Below are positions 8,474 to 19,246 of a stretch of DNA of 64,000 bases, in pieces (the stretch's first letter is position 1; each line of letters starts with the position of its first letter). The stretch is from an uncultured Bacillales bacterium (GTDB lineage: Bacteria; Bacillota_I; Bacilli_A; RF39; UBA660). The translations under genes were made by a program, and so were the position numbers. The DNA is taken from positions 97,010-161,009 of the forward strand of contig CAMNCL010000002.1 of the NCBI GenBank assembly GCA_946534345.1, in the 5' to 3' direction. Below the pieces are notes generated by a model. It ran no database searches, was not told where the DNA came from, and saw only the letters and a program-made list of their open reading frames with translations.

Positions 8474-10180
8474 TCAAGAAGTAGCAACAGTAAATGTTCT
8501 ACCACTAGGAGGTTCAGCAAAAGTTGAATTAGTTGACCCATACATATGAGTAGTATCATTATTTATACCATTACCATTAGTCTGTGGGATTGTAATAGAG
8601 AATGTTGCACTATTACGTCCTGCATTGGAAAACATAGAACTCATATTTGTTACTTTGGATGTGTTCCAATTACTTAGATTTAAATAAAATGTTGTGGCGT
8701 TATTTCCGGCATTAAAAAACATTCGACTCATATCTGTTACTTGTGATGTATCCCAACTACTTAAATCTCCTATAGACCATGTTGTGGCTTTATATCCTGC
8801 ATAGTGAAACATATAACTCATATTTGTTACTTGGGAGGTGTCCCAGTTACTTAAATTTCCTATAGACCATGTCGTAGAATTTCGTCCTGCATCCCGAAAC
8901 ATATACCACATATTTGTTACTTGGGAGGTATCCCAACTACTTAAATCTCCTATATTCCATGTTGTAGCACTATATCCTGCATATCCAAACATAGAACTCA
9001 TATTTGTTACTTTGGATGTGTTCCAATTACTTAAATTCAAATTGAAGATTGTGGCTTTATATCCTGCATCCCGAAACATAGAATTCATATTTGTTACTTG
9101 GGAGGTGTCCCAGTTACTTAAATTTCCTATAGACCATGTCGTAGCTCTATATCCTGCTTCGGAAAACATATAATACATATTTGTTACTTGTGACGTATTC
9201 CAACTACTTAAATCTCCTATAGACCATGTCGTAGCACTATATCCTGCTTCGGAAAACATAGAACTCATATTTGTTACTTTCGAGGTATCCCAACTACTTA
9301 AATCTCCTATAGACCATGTCGTAGCATTATATCCTGCAGAGGAAAACATAGAACTCATATTTGTTACTTGGGATGTGTTCCAATTTCTTAAATTCAAATT
9401 GAAATCTGTTGCACTATATCCTGCATAGACAAACATATAATACATATTTGTTACTTGTGACGTATCCCAACTACTTAAATCTCCTATAGACCATGTCGTA
9501 GCTTTATATCCTGCAAAGTAAAACATCCAATTCATATCTGTTACTTTCGAGGTATCCCAATTGCTCAAATTCAAATTGAAGGTTGTGGCTTTATATCCTG
9601 CTCCGGAAAACATATAACTCATATTTGTTACTTGGGAGGTATCCCAGTTACTTAAATTTCCAATATCCCATGTTGTAGCTTTATATCCTACATCAGCAAA
9701 CATATAACTCATATTTGTTACTTGTGAAGTATTAAGTTTTTCTAAATTTGCAGTAAATGTTGACGTATTATATCCTACTCCATTAAACCAATAAGCTGTT
9801 GATGTGGGGCTTATTTCTTTTTCTATATATACTGTTGTTACATTATAGCTCTTATTATTTGTTGAATCATATGAACCAACTATCCATGGTACTTGAGAAG
9901 CACTACCAAAGCTTGTACTTGCCAAAAAGTCCCCTTGTTCCACACCCGCTACTTCCTTGCTAGATAAAACCAGTGTTTCATTTACACTATCAATGTCATT
10001 ATCTTGTAGAGCCCAATATATTTTTTCTTCATACTTTGATACTCCAAGTATTCCATTAATAGAAAGATCAGTAGAAAATACTGAGTATCCTATTGTTAGA
10101 AACACGACTAAAAGAATGAGACTTGATGTTATCATTCTTTTTCGTCTTATTATATTAGATGAAAACTTTCTATTAAACAT
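8474..10180 (-). CDS. BspA/DUF285-type leucine-rich-repeat surface protein
   Basis: N-terminal TM/signal (LTIGYSVFSTDLSING), then 13 repeats of TSxVTNMxxMFxxAGYxATxWxIGxLSxW. Confidence 0.9.
   Translation of the reverse strand: MFNRKFSSNIIRRKRMITSSLILLVVFLTIGYSVFSTDLSINGILGVSKYEEKIYWALQDNDIDSVNETLVLSSKEVAGVEQGDFLASTSFGSASQVPWIVGSYDSTNNKSYNVTTVYIEKEISPTSTAYWFNGVGYNTSTFTANLEKLNTSQVTNMSYMFADVGYKATTWDIGNLSNWDTSQVTNMSYMFSGAGYKATTFNLNLSNWDTSKVTDMNWMFYFAGYKATTWSIGDLSSWDTSQVTNMYYMFVYAGYSATDFNLNLRNWNTSQVTNMSSMFSSAGYNATTWSIGDLSSWDTSKVTNMSSMFSEAGYSATTWSIGDLSSWNTSQVTNMYYMFSEAGYRATTWSIGNLSNWDTSQVTNMNSMFRDAGYKATIFNLNLSNWNTSKVTNMSSMFGYAGYSATTWNIGDLSSWDTSQVTNMWYMFRDAGRNSTTWSIGNLSNWDTSQVTNMSYMFHYAGYKATTWSIGDLSSWDTSQVTDMSRMFFNAGNNATTFYLNLSNWNTSKVTNMSSMFSNAGRNSATFSITIPQTNGNGINNDTTHMYGSTNSTFAEPPSGRTFTVATS
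8600..9730 (-). repeat. 13 intragenic tandem repeats of 87-90 nt (29-30 aa)
   Basis: Recurring plus-strand unit ATCCTGC...AAACATA...CATATTTGTTACTT... Confidence 0.95.
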
Positions 10181-10250
10181 ATTATCACCTATTATATTAA
10201 TTATACTATTAGTTAATTTTTAAGTAAATAAAAAAGACTCGTTAGAGTCC

Positions 10251-12377
10251 TTATTTTTGAAATTGAGAATTATATAGATTAGCATAGAAACCATCTTTCT
10301 TTAATAGTTCTTCATGTTTTCCTTGCTCTACTATATTTCCTTCATTCATTACTAAAATTAAATCTGCATTTTTTATAGTACTTAATCTATGAGCAATTAT
10401 AAAACTTGTTTTACCTTCACTTAGTTTATCCATTGCTTTTTGTACTAATTCTTCTGTACGAGTATCAACATTACTAGTTGCTTCATCAAGAATTAAAAAC
10501 GGAGCATCTTCTATCATACCACGAGCTATAGTTAATAACTGTTTTTGTCCAGAAGATATAGTATTACTATCTCCTACACTTGCGCTTAATCCTTTTGGAA
10601 GTGTCTTAATAAAGTGATCTACTCCTACATTTTTACATACTTTCCATAACATATCATCAGTAATATTTTTATTATTAAATACTAAGTTTTCTCTGACCGA
10701 TCCTTCAAATAACCAAGTATCTTGTAAAACCATATCAAATAATTCATGAATATTAGATCTAGTTAAATCTTTAATAGAAACACCATCTATTAAGATATCT
10801 CCTTCATCTATTTCATAGAATTTCATAAGTAGATTAACCATAGTTGTTTTACCAGCTCCTGTAGGTCCGACAATAGCTATTTTATCTCCAGATTTAACTG
10901 AAGCAGTAAAATTCTTAATAATTGGTTTACCTTCATCATAACTAAATTTAATATTTTTAAATTCAATATTTCCTTTAACACTATTTCTATCTAGTTTTGT
11001 TTTTATATTACTTTCATCTTTTAATTCATTTTCTTCTAAGAATTCAAATACTCTCTCTCCAGCAGCTCCTACTGATTGAAGTGTTGTCAAAGACTGAGCA
11101 ATTCTAGATAATGGATTAGTAAATAAACGTACATAAATCATAAATGCAACTATTACACCAAAAGTAATATAATTATTCATGACTAAGATTGCTCCTACTA
11201 CACAGACCATAACATAACCAAAGTTTCCTATAAAAGACATTATTGGTTGCATAATACCTGATAAGAATTGACTCTTACGATTACATTCATATAATCTATC
11301 ATTAATTTTATTAAATTCTTTTAGAGCTTCTTCTTCACCATTATATGATTTAACTACACTATGTCCTGAATAAATCTCTTCAATATGTCCATTTAAATTA
11401 CCTAATTCTTTTTGTCTTTGAACAAAGTATTTTTGACTAATCTTTAATAGTATAAATGATAATCCAAAACCAATAATACTAGATGCGATAGCAGTTAAAG
11501 CCATTATCCAGTTAGTTACAAACATCATTATAATAGATCCTAAGAATAATGTTACATTAGTAACTAAAGATGTAACTGCATCACTTATATTAATACCAAT
11601 AGTATCAACATCATTAGTAACACGAGATAATACATCTCCTGCTTCATGTGTATCAAAGTATCTTAATGGTAATTTATTAATTTTACTACTAATATCACTT
11701 CTTAATTTTCTAGCATATCCTATTCCAACATTGGCCATAATAATTGCTTCTATATAACCAAATATTGAATTTAACAAATAGATAATACCAAGAATAATTG
11801 CTTTAGTAGTTAAATCTTTAGTATCCATTTTAGGTTCAACTAAACCTTTAATTGAATCTGGTAATTCATCTAATTTAGCTAATGTATCATCTGTTAAAGC
11901 ATTTTTATTAAATGTAGATAATATCTCTAAATATTTTATTTGATCTTTAGTAGAAATTGTTACTCCATCTACCTCTATATCAGTAAATATTTTTCTCTTT
12001 ATATCATCTGATAATCCAAATAATTCTTTAATACCATCTTGAGGATTAGTTTTATCATTAAAATATGCTCTTTCACCACTTGGGGAAGTACTTTTATCTT
12101 TTAAGACCATTTCTAAATTATATGCAGCATAATTATTTGTTGCGTTCTCAATGATCTTTTTAGATATTTCTTCTAATTTCTCTGTATTAGGCTTAATTCC
12201 AGCACTTATAACGTCAGTTACACCCGCTAATCTATTAGGAGCTATAGTTGATAGTATTGCAGCAGAGAACGCAAAGAATACAGCAATTAATAATAAATAT
12301 CTCCATCTATTTAAATTTTTAAATAACTTTATCATTGTTCCAACAAAGTCTTTTGAACGTTCATTATTTCTACGCAT
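10251..12377 (-). CDS. ABC exporter ATP-binding/permease, subunit 2 of a heterodimeric pair
   Basis: TMD plus NBD: GPTGAGKTT, ISSGQKQL, LILDEATS, IAHRLSTI; start moved to the ATG after GAGGAGG. Confidence 0.95.
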   Translation of the reverse strand: MRRNNERSKDFVGTMIKLFKNLNRWRYLLLIAVFFAFSAAILSTIAPNRLAGVTDVISAGIKPNTEKLEEISKKIIENATNNYAAYNLEMVLKDKSTSPSGERAYFNDKTNPQDGIKELFGLSDDIKRKIFTDIEVDGVTISTKDQIKYLEILSTFNKNALTDDTLAKLDELPDSIKGLVEPKMDTKDLTTKAIILGIIYLLNSIFGYIEAIIMANVGIGYARKLRSDISSKINKLPLRYFDTHEAGDVLSRVTNDVDTIGINISDAVTSLVTNVTLFLGSIIMMFVTNWIMALTAIASSIIGFGLSFILLKISQKYFVQRQKELGNLNGHIEEIYSGHSVVKSYNGEEEALKEFNKINDRLYECNRKSQFLSGIMQPIMSFIGNFGYVMVCVVGAILVMNNYITFGVIVAFMIYVRLFTNPLSRIAQSLTTLQSVGAAGERVFEFLEENELKDESNIKTKLDRNSVKGNIEFKNIKFSYDEGKPIIKNFTASVKSGDKIAIVGPTGAGKTTMVNLLMKFYEIDEGDILIDGVSIKDLTRSNIHELFDMVLQDTWLFEGSVRENLVFNNKNITDDMLWKVCKNVGVDHFIKTLPKGLSASVGDSNTISSGQKQLLTIARGMIEDAPFLILDEATSNVDTRTEELVQKAMDKLSEGKTSFIIAHRLSTIKNADLILVMNEGNIVEQGKHEELLKKDGFYANLYNSQFQK

Positions 12378-14130
12378 TTTGTAACTCCTCCTCACTAAGT
12401 TGTGATAGAGCTATTTCTTTATAGATATCACAATTCTTTAATAGTTCTTGGTGAGTTCCTACTCCTACGCATTCACCTTTATCTAAAACAATAATTTTAT
12501 CTGCATTCATTATTGTACCAATTCTTTGAGCTACTATTAAACTAGTTGCATCTTTTGTATGTTTCTTTAATTCAGCCCTTAGCTTTGCATCAGTTTGATA
12601 GTCTAGTGCACTAAATGAATCATCAAAGATATATATTTCAGGATCTCTGGCTATTGCTCTGGCAATTGATAGTCTTTGTTTTTGACCACCACTTATATTA
12701 GTACCTCCACGAGCAATATGTGCTTTGTAACTCTTATCCATTTTCTCTACAAAGTCTTTTCCTTGCGCAATTTTTACTGCTTCTTTTACTTTTTCAAGAT
12801 TTGGTTTAGTTTTACCATTATCTCCATAACTAACATTATCATATACACTACCTGTAAACATAAATGCAGTTTGAGAAATATAGCCTATTCTATTATTTAA
12901 TTCATGTAAATCATAGTCTTTTACATTAACTCCATCTACAAATACTTCTCCTAGAGTTGCATCATATAGTCTTGGAACTAAATTAATTAAAGTAGATTTT
13001 CCTGAACCAGTAGATCCTATAAAAGCTACTGTTTCTCCTTGATTTGCTTTAAAACTAATATTTTTTAATAAATATTCATCAGCATCAGGATATTTAAAAC
13101 TAACATTTTTAAACTCAACTGTTCCTTTTTCATTAGTTTTACCTTTGAAATCACCTGATTTAATAGATGGTTCTTCATCTAATACTTCATTAATACGATT
13201 AGCTGATACTCTAGCTCTTGGTAATATCATAAATATCATTGTAAGCATTAAGAATGAGAATATTACTTGAATACCATAACTAGAAAATACTACCATATTA
13301 CTAAACATAGTTATTTTATCCATCATATTACTTTTAATAATTAACATAGCTCCAACTATATAAATTCCTAAATGTTGAAAATGCATTACAAAGTTCATTA
13401 TTGGATCAAATAAAGCAAATGTCTTAGTAATTTTTAAATGAATGTCTGATAATTCTTCATTTACTTTACCAAATCTATTCATCATAAACTTTTCTGCATT
13501 AAATGCAGATACTACTCTAACACCTAATATATTTTCTCTAGCTACTCCATTTAATTTATCTGTTAAAGCTTGAATAATTTTAAATCTAGGTGAAACTATA
13601 CTAATAATAGTTAGGTTAGTCACAACTATAATAACTACTCCAACACCTGTTACTAAAGAAAGCTCTGTACTTTTACCTAATATCTTAGTTAAAGCCATAA
13701 TTGCCATTACTGGAGATTTAATTAATAATTGTAATCCCATTGCGAGTAACATCTCAATTTGCGTAACATCATTTGTTGTTCTGGTAATTAAACTACTTGT
13801 TTTAAACTTCTTAATTTCACTTACTCCAAATGATTCAACTTTCTCAAATATCTTTCTTCGCATTGTACGTGAGAATTTTGCTGCTAAAAGTGATGAGAAA
13901 TATCCAACAGTAATAGTACAAACTAGGCTACATACAGCGCACAATATCATATGTCCACCTGCAGTTAATATCTCATTCATTGTACTGTTTTCTGTTTGAA
14001 CAAGTCTTGTTATTTCACTCATATATTCTGGTATTCTTAAATCTAAGAAAACAGAAGTAACTACAAGTGTTGCGATTACTAAAACAATCCAAATATCTTT
14101 CTTATCAATATTTCTAAATACTTTAAACAT
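12370..14130 (-). CDS. ABC exporter ATP-binding/permease, subunit 1
   Basis: GSTGSGKST, NISGGQKQRL, IFDDSFSALD (degenerate Walker B of the non-consensus half). Confidence 0.95.
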   Translation of the reverse strand: MFKVFRNIDKKDIWIVLVIATLVVTSVFLDLRIPEYMSEITRLVQTENSTMNEILTAGGHMILCAVCSLVCTITVGYFSSLLAAKFSRTMRRKIFEKVESFGVSEIKKFKTSSLITRTTNDVTQIEMLLAMGLQLLIKSPVMAIMALTKILGKSTELSLVTGVGVVIIVVTNLTIISIVSPRFKIIQALTDKLNGVARENILGVRVVSAFNAEKFMMNRFGKVNEELSDIHLKITKTFALFDPIMNFVMHFQHLGIYIVGAMLIIKSNMMDKITMFSNMVVFSSYGIQVIFSFLMLTMIFMILPRARVSANRINEVLDEEPSIKSGDFKGKTNEKGTVEFKNVSFKYPDADEYLLKNISFKANQGETVAFIGSTGSGKSTLINLVPRLYDATLGEVFVDGVNVKDYDLHELNNRIGYISQTAFMFTGSVYDNVSYGDNGKTKPNLEKVKEAVKIAQGKDFVEKMDKSYKAHIARGGTNISGGQKQRLSIARAIARDPEIYIFDDSFSALDYQTDAKLRAELKKHTKDATSLIVAQRIGTIMNADKIIVLDKGECVGVGTHQELLKNCDIYKEIALSQLSEEELQNA

Positions 14131-14683
14131 CTATTTCCTTCTTTCTAAAATCACAACTAAGTTCATGATCATTAATTATTCCTATAGCTTGAAGATAAGA
14201 ATAAATTATCGTAGTACCTACAAAACTCATTCCACGTTTCTTCAAATCCTTTGATATTATATCAGATAATTCACTTGATGTCTTTAAGTTATCATCACAA
14301 TTTACAATTACTTTACCATCAGTAAATGACCAAATATAATTACTAAATGTCTTATATTCTTCTCTAATATTAATAAATACTATTGCATTTTTAATTGCTG
14401 CTTTAATTTTTAATTTATTTCTAATAATATCTTTATTATTTAATAATTCATTTATTTTAACATCATCATACTTAGAAATAATTTCATAATTAAAACAATC
14501 AAAAGCCTTATAAAAGGCTTTTCTCTTATTTAATATACATTCCCATGATAAACCTGCTTGAAATGATTCTAATATTAACATTTCAAACAAGTAATTATCA
14601 TCGTATGATGGAACTCCCCACTCTTCATCATGATATTTAATATATAGTGGATTATTCATGTTAACCCATCTACATCTATTCAC
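14123..14683 (-). CDS. tag: DNA-3-methyladenine glycosylase I
   Basis: RCRW...YHDEEWG...LFEMLILESFQAGLSW..IL.KR...IIRNKLKI.A...GIINDH. Confidence 0.95.
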   Translation of the reverse strand: MNRCRWVNMNNPLYIKYHDEEWGVPSYDDNYLFEMLILESFQAGLSWECILNKRKAFYKAFDCFNYEIISKYDDVKINELLNNKDIIRNKLKIKAAIKNAIVFINIREEYKTFSNYIWSFTDGKVIVNCDDNLKTSSELSDIISKDLKKRGMSFVGTTIIYSYLQAIGIINDHELSCDFRKKEIDV

Positions 14684-17222
14684 TTCTCAAGGCCTCCACT
14701 GGGTCTTTTTTACTAGCAATCTTTGCAGGAATAAATCCAGCAATTACAGTTAATATTACACTTATTATTATTAGAATAATAGCTCCATTTACTGGTAATA
14801 CAGAAATATTACTTATATTGACTGCCTTTTTAATAATAATATTAATAGGAATATTTAATAATAATGTGACTACTATACCTAATACTCCAGCACATAATCC
14901 TTCTATTAAAGTTTCTGCATTAAAGACTCTTGAAATATCCTTTTTACTTGCTCCCATAGCACGTAATATACCTATTTCTTTAGTTCTTTCAATAACAGAA
15001 ATATAAGTAATAATCGCAATCATAATAGAAGATACAACTAAACTAATAGCTACAAAAGCAATTAAAACACTACTGATTACATTAACTATTGTTGATACTG
15101 AACTCATCATAATACCAACTACATCAGTATATTCAATTTGATCTTTTTTCTTTTTAGTATCATTATATTTATCAATTATTTTTACTATTTCTTCTTTAGA
15201 ATCAAAATCTTTAGGGAAAATACTAATAGTATCAGGATCATCTATTTTAGAAATACCTAATTTAGTTAAGTTTTCTTGATAAGAAGAAGTCATATTTTCA
15301 CTATAATTCTTCATATATAAAGCAAGTTCATCTTGACTCATATTTTGTAATGCCATCATTTGTTCTGGATTTAAACTATTAATATCAAATGTAGCATTTG
15401 TACTAAAGTTATTACCAGTAAAGACATTAATTTCTTCATTAGCTAATTGCTCTTTAACAATCTCTTTTTCATTTATTTGACTAATTAAATGCTCCATTAA
15501 ACCTTTCTGGTAACCTACCATACCATAACTATTATTTCCCGCAACTGCTTCATTATTTTGTTTAATAATACCAACTATTTTTACTTCTTCACTTTCATTA
15601 ATAAGATTCTTCATAAAATCTTCATCATCTGATTTGTTAATCCAAAGACCTTTTTCTTTTACATAATAATCAGTATTTAATACTAATTTGAACTTTAAAT
15701 TTAATAATTCATCATAATCATAACTAGTTTCATCAAATTTAACTTTCTTTTTACTAGTCATATCAGTAAACTTTTCCTTTAAATCACCTTGATCTAATAC
15801 TCCAATACTATATAAAGTATAATCACTAATAGTATTGTTCTTACTAACTGTTAAAACTAATTCATTATAATTTTTAGGCCAATGACCTGCTACTAAATTG
15901 TATTGTTGTTTATTTAATTTATCATTATCTATCATTTCAAAGAAAACATCATTAGTCTGCATCATAGTACTATAAACACTAGAAATACCATCTGTGCCCA
16001 TTCCTAATGCATCTAAAACAGTTGTAGGATTTACTCTAACAATTTTATCTGTATCAGCTTTATATAAGTTTAGAGTAGTATTATAGCCATAAGAGATATC
16101 TGATACATATTGATCTATATCTTTATTTTCTTCTAAGTATTTTTTAAAGTTTTTCATATCGTTATGTTTAGCTTCATTAGACATAGTTTCAAACATATCA
16201 CCCATAATATTAGATGCATATATTTTATTATCATCATGTTTAGCTGTCTTTTTATTACCTGACAATGTCTGCAATACAGTAGACATATCAACCGAATCTT
16301 TTTGAATAACTAATGGATAAGAACTTAGTGTCTCTTCTTCTGTTTTATCTATAAATTTATTAATACCATGAGATAGTGAAAGTATTAAAGCAATACCAAT
16401 AATTCCAATAGACCCAGCAAAAGCTGTTAAAAAAGTTCTTCCTTTCTTAGTCATTAAATTATTTAATGATAAAGACAAAGCCGTTCTAAAGTTCATTGAA
16501 GTCTTTTTAGAGTATTTATCAATCTTTTCTTTACTCTCATCTCCATCAAATGGTTTAGAATCATCTGTTATTTTTCCGTCTTTTAACTTAATTATTCTAG
16601 TAGCATATTCATTTGCTAATTCTGAATTATGTGTAACCATTACTACTAATCTATCTTTAGCAACTTCTTTTAAGATATCCATTACTTGTTTTGAAGTATT
16701 TGTATCTAGTGCTCCTGTAGGTTCATCTGCTAAAACAATCTCTGGATCATTAACTAGTGCTCTTGCAATTGCAACTCTTTGCATTTGACCTCCCGATAAT
16801 TGTGATGGCCTTTTATGCATATGCTCTTTTAGTCCTACTTTTTCTAGTGCTTTAGCAGCTTTCTTTCTTCTAACTGTTTTAGACTCCCCTGATAATGTTA
16901 AGGCTAATTCTACATTGCTAAGTACTGATTGATGGGGAATTAAATTATAACTTTGAAATACAAATCCTACACTATGATTACGATAAGTATCCCAATCTCT
17001 ATCTCCATATTTTTTAGTACTTATATTATTTATAATTAAATCACCTTTATCATAATGATCTAATCCACCAACTATATTTAATAAAGTAGTTTTACCACTA
17101 CCACTAGGTCCTAATATAGCTGCAAACTCATTTTTTCTAAAATTAACACTAACATCATCTAAAGCCTTTTGACTAAATCCTTCAGTCACATAAGTCTTAG
17201 TAATATTCTTTAGTCTTAACAT
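14676..17222 (-). CDS. ABC transporter, fused ATPase and FtsX/MacB-type permease
   Basis: GPSGSGKTT, LSGGQMQRVAIARAL, ADEPTGALD; C-terminal ERTKEIGILRAMGASKKDI FtsX motif. Confidence 0.93.
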   Translation of the reverse strand: MLRLKNITKTYVTEGFSQKALDDVSVNFRKNEFAAILGPSGSGKTTLLNIVGGLDHYDKGDLIINNISTKKYGDRDWDTYRNHSVGFVFQSYNLIPHQSVLSNVELALTLSGESKTVRRKKAAKALEKVGLKEHMHKRPSQLSGGQMQRVAIARALVNDPEIVLADEPTGALDTNTSKQVMDILKEVAKDRLVVMVTHNSELANEYATRIIKLKDGKITDDSKPFDGDESKEKIDKYSKKTSMNFRTALSLSLNNLMTKKGRTFLTAFAGSIGIIGIALILSLSHGINKFIDKTEEETLSSYPLVIQKDSVDMSTVLQTLSGNKKTAKHDDNKIYASNIMGDMFETMSNEAKHNDMKNFKKYLEENKDIDQYVSDISYGYNTTLNLYKADTDKIVRVNPTTVLDALGMGTDGISSVYSTMMQTNDVFFEMIDNDKLNKQQYNLVAGHWPKNYNELVLTVSKNNTISDYTLYSIGVLDQGDLKEKFTDMTSKKKVKFDETSYDYDELLNLKFKLVLNTDYYVKEKGLWINKSDDEDFMKNLINESEEVKIVGIIKQNNEAVAGNNSYGMVGYQKGLMEHLISQINEKEIVKEQLANEEINVFTGNNFSTNATFDINSLNPEQMMALQNMSQDELALYMKNYSENMTSSYQENLTKLGISKIDDPDTISIFPKDFDSKEEIVKIIDKYNDTKKKKDQIEYTDVVGIMMSSVSTIVNVISSVLIAFVAISLVVSSIMIAIITYISVIERTKEIGILRAMGASKKDISRVFNAETLIEGLCAGVLGIVVTLLLNIPINIIIKKAVNISNISVLPVNGAIILIIISVILTVIAGFIPAKIASKKDPVEALRSE

Positions 17223-17296
17223 ATAGCACCTCCTATAATTCTATTATATTCTACTATTATATTCTCAAAAAAACAATTATTTTAGAAAAAAAGAAA

Positions 17297-18253
17297 CTAC
17301 TTGTCATTAGTTTCTTTCTCAACTTTATCAAACTTTAAACCTTTTGCCTTTAATTCATCTAATGTCAACATATTATTATCTAAAACTTCTTTTAATAAAT
17401 ATCTCTTTTCAGATCTTCCTCTACTAGCAGGAGCTACTACATATACTTTATCACTCTTTTGATATTCAAATTGATAATCATATTTTTCATCTGAATAGAA
17501 TGTTTCTTTAGGAATCTCTTTTTCTTTACCCTCTTCATCTACTTCAGGAGTAGGTTTTTCAGATTCATCAACTATTTTAAATATAAATTTCAAATCATCA
17601 TCTTTATAAGTACAAAAATCTTTTTCTCTAAATGGAGTATCACTAGGTGCAAAATATACATCATTAATATTATTATCATTACAACGATACATTGTTAAAC
17701 CATTACTAGAAAGTTCATTTTCTTTATCTATAAACATCAATGTCTTATTATCTTTATAAACGCCTGTTAATGCTAGTTTATTATCTATATCATCAATAAT
17801 ACCAGAATTCTTCTTAATAGTCTTATCTAAATCAGTACTTTTACCATTATTCTCTATTTTTATACTATCTAAACAGTATGTATATACTTTTATTTTTAAA
17901 TCAGCATAGTATAATTTAGAATCTTCATGACAATTTTCAGTAACTTTAGTCTCAACTGTAAAAGTCTCAACAGTATTAAACTTACGAGGAACATTTAAAT
18001 CAAATACTAATATTTTATATTGCATATTACTTGAATCAACCAATGGTTCACTAATAGATGCTTTTACTTTTCTTTCTGCTATGTAGAATAATCCTCTATA
18101 TGTTTGAATATTAGATTTTTGATTATAACTACTAATATTAAAAATAGGTACATCTCCAGAATTCATTCTTGCATAATCTACTCCAGCAGTTATAAATCCT
18201 AGTAGAAGTACTATTATTAAAACATTTTTAATTGCATTTAAAAATACTCTCAT
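17297..18253 (-). CDS. Hypothetical membrane-anchored/exported protein
   Basis: 318 aa, N-terminal TM, AGAGGG RBS. Confidence 0.7.
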   Translation of the reverse strand: MRVFLNAIKNVLIIVLLLGFITAGVDYARMNSGDVPIFNISSYNQKSNIQTYRGLFYIAERKVKASISEPLVDSSNMQYKILVFDLNVPRKFNTVETFTVETKVTENCHEDSKLYYADLKIKVYTYCLDSIKIENNGKSTDLDKTIKKNSGIIDDIDNKLALTGVYKDNKTLMFIDKENELSSNGLTMYRCNDNNINDVYFAPSDTPFREKDFCTYKDDDLKFIFKIVDESEKPTPEVDEEGKEKEIPKETFYSDEKYDYQFEYQKSDKVYVVAPASRGRSEKRYLLKEVLDNNMLTLDELKAKGLKFDKVEKETNDK

Positions 18254-18328
18254 TTATATCCCTCTTTATCATAATAATTATAGCAAATATTAATTAATAA
18301 TAAAAGAACTATTTTTAAGTTCTTTTTC

Positions 18329-19198
18329 TTAATGAATTATATCATCTATAAGTTCTTGGTCATAATAAATACCTATACCATCTTTAATAAGTTTAATATT
18401 AAACTCTTTACTAGTTAATTCTTCTCCATCTACATTACTTGAAATTGGTATATCTGTTTTAATTGTTAATTCTTTTGTTTGAAATAGACTAACTTTAGAT
18501 GATTCTAAATGAAGCGCATCTTTCATACTGGTAATTAATCTAGCCATATCATATTTATTAGTCTTTTTAACTAATAATACTTCTAATAATCCATCATTTA
18601 AATTACTATTAGGAGATACTTTATATCCTCCACCATAATATCTAGCATTACATACTACTATTGTAGTATATTGATCTTTATATGATTTATTATTTAAACT
18701 TACTACAAAGTTTCTTGGTTTATATTTAATAAAATTTACTAGTAATCCCATCTTATAACGATATTTTTTAGGAATAATTTTACTATGAATTATCTCACTA
18801 TTATTACCAATTACTGCATCTATACCAAAACAAGCTATATTGATAAAATATTTATCATTTATTTTTACTAAATCAATAGTATTAATACCTTTATTTAACA
18901 CCTCTTTATTGGCTCTATAGAAGTCATTACCAGTACCATATGGAATATATCCTAAGATGTTTTTAGTACCTACAATACCGTTTAAAACTCTATTTATAGT
19001 GCCATCTCCACCCACTGCGATAATAATATGTTTTGTTCTTTTATATTTATTTAGAATATCTTCAGTTGACTTAGATACATTATTAATTTCTATTTCATAA
19101 TTAATATTTCTTTTTTTACATACTTTAATAATTCTTTTTTTTAATATATCTGTTTCTTCTTTTAAACTAAATTGATTTAATAGAAAAATATATTTCAT
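18329..19198 (-). CDS. Diacylglycerol kinase family (YegS/DAGK) lipid kinase
   Basis: VGGDGTINRVLNG, IPYGTGNDF, NARYYGGG, VDGE. Confidence 0.9.
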   Translation of the reverse strand: MKYIFLLNQFSLKEETDILKKRIIKVCKKRNINYEIEINNVSKSTEDILNKYKRTKHIIIAVGGDGTINRVLNGIVGTKNILGYIPYGTGNDFYRANKEVLNKGINTIDLVKINDKYFINIACFGIDAVIGNNSEIIHSKIIPKKYRYKMGLLVNFIKYKPRNFVVSLNNKSYKDQYTTIVVCNARYYGGGYKVSPNSNLNDGLLEVLLVKKTNKYDMARLITSMKDALHLESSKVSLFQTKELTIKTDIPISSNVDGEELTSKEFNIKLIKDGIGIYYDQELIDDIIH

Positions 19199-19246
19199 AA
19201 AACCACCACTTAAATTATAACAAATAAAAGAAAGTATTTCTACTTT

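Noticed and set aside
8335-8559. 74-aa ORF, and a possible TTGCAA-17-TATATT promoter producing a short RNA before mutS
   Set aside because: The ORF overlaps the BspA 3' end in another frame and has no RBS. The hairpin is adequately explained as the BspA terminator, and mutS has its own TTGTCT-17-TATAAT promoter.
8600-9730. BspA repeats as a diversity-generating retroelement target or CRISPR-like array
   Set aside because: Variable codons also change at third and non-adenine positions (TGG, CGG, CGA, TCC), there is no reverse transcriptase or template repeat in the window, and the repeats are in-frame coding units without unique spacers.
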